Shown: piece after piece, positions 62,568-64,000 of the stretch
Layout: the number at the start of each line of letters is the position of its first letter
Numbering within the stretch: position 1 is the stretch's first letter
Assembly: GCA_016926185.1 (NCBI GenBank)
Contig: JAFGPD010000042.1
Location: forward strand, 1,985-65,984
Source: Candidatus Woesebacteria bacterium
GTDB taxonomy: Bacteria; Patescibacteriota; Microgenomatia; UBA8517
Reading direction: 5' to 3'
Length of the DNA stretch: 64,000 bases
The notes under the pieces: generated by a model
Told to the model about the DNA's origin: nothing
Database searches by the model: none
What the model saw: the letters and a program-made list of their open reading frames with translations, nothing else
Program-made: the position numbers and the translations under genes

Positions 62568-64000
62568 ATGACTAATTTAATTCGAAAAGGTAAAAAGATT
62601 TTTACTTCACCGCAGACTTCGATACTCTCAGCGGCGACGGTAATAATGTTTATGATAGTTGTCTCAAGAGTTTTGGGGCTTGTGCGTCAAAGGATTTTGG
62701 CTCATTTTTTCCTGCCATCTGAGCTTTCTTTGTTTTTTGCAGCCTTCAGATTACCAGACACAATTTTTGAAGTTTTGGTTTTTGGCACTTTTTCATCTGC
62801 TTTTATTCCTGTGTTTTCAAAGCTCGTAGATAAAAAAAGAAAAGATGCCTGGGATCTTGCGGGCACAATTAGCACGATTGGTTTTTCTGCATTCATCTTA
62901 GTGGCAATAATAGTAAGTGTTTTTGCCGATGATCTATATGGTCTTCTTGCTGCGGGTTATACAGACATTGAAAGAGATACTGTTGTTCAGCTGACAAAAA
63001 TACTTTTTGCCGCACAAGGGTTTTTCGTTCTAAGTTATGTTTTGACTGGAGTGCTTGAATCTTTAAGAAGATTTTTAGTGCCGGCACTCGCTCCGCTTTT
63101 TTATAATCTGGGAATTATTTTAGGGACTATCTTTCTATCTCCAAGATTAGGTTTGGTTGGTCCAACAGTTGGAGTTTTTATTGGAGCAAGCTTGCATTTT
63201 TTGATCCAGTTGCCGCTTGCAGTGAAGTTGGGTTACAGAGTTAAACTAAACTTGAAAATAAACGATCATGTAAAAAAGATTGGAAAATTGGCAATGCCAA
63301 GGATAATTGAGCTAGTGTTCGTTCAGGCTGTAAAGTCGGTTGAGCTTTATCTTTCGTCCTTTATTTCTACTGCAAGCTATGCATATTATTATTTTGGTAA
63401 TACTATCCAACTTCTACCTGTGGGTCTTTTTGGCACTTCAATAGCCAAAGCTGCATTGCCAACTCTCTCAAAACAATCAGACGATCTCGGAAAATTCAGG
63501 AGATCTTTATGGAGTTCACTTTATCAGGTGGTTTTTATGGTAGCCCCTCTTGCTACTATTTTAATAGTATTAAGGATCCCTATTGTAAGGCTTGTTTTTG
63601 GTACGGAGATCTTTGATTGGGAAAGTACTGTACGAACAGGTCAGGTAGTTTCTGCTTTTGCCTTGGGGGTCGTTTTTCAGGCGTCTATCTCTCTTTTGGC
63701 CAGAGCTTTTTATGCCTTGCATGAGACAAAAACGCCTGTTTTAGTATCTATATTTTCAATGGTATTGATAGTGGTCCTGAACTTCGTTTTCATTAGAAGT
63801 CTAAACCTTCCCGTATGGGGATTAGCAGTTTCCTATTCTTTGGGGAGTATGCTGCAAGCTATAACACTTTATCTTCTTTTGGCCAAAAGAACAAAAGTTG
63901 AATCTATAATTCAATTATCGGTGCCGTTTTTGAAGCACCTTTTAGCTTCAATCTCCTCAGGAGTTGTGATGTATGTGCTTATGAAGTTTTTTGACAGATC
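62568..64000 (+). CDS. murJ: lipid II flippase MurJ (MviN), 3'-partial
   Basis: FAAFRLPDTIFEVLVFGTFSSAFIPVFSK is the MurJ N-terminal signature. Polytopic MOP-family protein. Runs off the window end. Confidence 0.8.
   Translation, partial: MTNLIRKGKKIFTSPQTSILSAATVIMFMIVVSRVLGLVRQRILAHFFLPSELSLFFAAFRLPDTIFEVLVFGTFSSAFIPVFSKLVDKKRKDAWDLAGTISTIGFSAFILVAIIVSVFADDLYGLLAAGYTDIERDTVVQLTKILFAAQGFFVLSYVLTGVLESLRRFLVPALAPLFYNLGIILGTIFLSPRLGLVGPTVGVFIGASLHFLIQLPLAVKLGYRVKLNLKINDHVKKIGKLAMPRIIELVFVQAVKSVELYLSSFISTASYAYYYFGNTIQLLPVGLFGTSIAKAALPTLSKQSDDLGKFRRSLWSSLYQVVFMVAPLATILIVLRIPIVRLVFGTEIFDWESTVRTGQVVSAFALGVVFQASISLLARAFYALHETKTPVLVSIFSMVLIVVLNFVFIRSLNLPVWGLAVSYSLGSMLQAITLYLLLAKRTKVESIIQLSVPFLKHLLASISSGVVMYVLMKFFDR

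Noticed and set aside
1-64000. Alternative genetic code (UGA recoding as in some CPR lineages)
   Set aside because: All conserved genes (dnaA, groEL, valS, metG, pcrA, tsaD) read through full length with standard stops and no in-frame UGA in conserved regions. Standard code 11 fits.

Overview
This is a low-GC bacterial window with compact, often overlapping genes. Gene content and organisation resemble a Candidate Phyla Radiation / Patescibacteria-type genome (inference only). Three regions stand out. (1) The chromosomal replication origin lies at about 2.3-7.8 kb, with dnaN and dnaA divergent from rpmH-rnpA-yidD-yidC-jag-rnhA and DnaA boxes on both sides of dnaA. (2) Core genes follow at about 10-26 kb: rplY, valS with a structured T-box-like leader, tsaC, tsaD, groES-groEL behind a CIRCE operator, greA-like, two M23 peptidases, tRNA-Cys, and hsp20 with a candidate RNA-thermometer 5'UTR. 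(3) An extended cell-envelope glycosylation and surface-protein region spans 27-61 kb. It holds a UbiA prenyltransferase, a TagO/WecA-like GlcNAc-1-P transferase, GT2 and GT4 enzymes, an LCP ligase, FemAB, and at least five ArnT/PMT-like (COG1807) membrane glycosyltransferase paralogs. These sit directly beside a tandemly duplicated two-gene cassette of Cys-rich and Pro/Thr-rich, LPXTG-type surface proteins and PilN/PilO-like pilus assembly genes. That combination is the best candidate here for an undescribed protein O-glycosylation / surface-appendage system. Other notable items: metG, a RmuC-HD-(UvrD helicase fused to a Cas4-like Fe-S nuclease) cluster, a second UvrD/PcrA, rpsT and a partial murJ. 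No rRNA, CRISPR array or recognisable mobile element was found.
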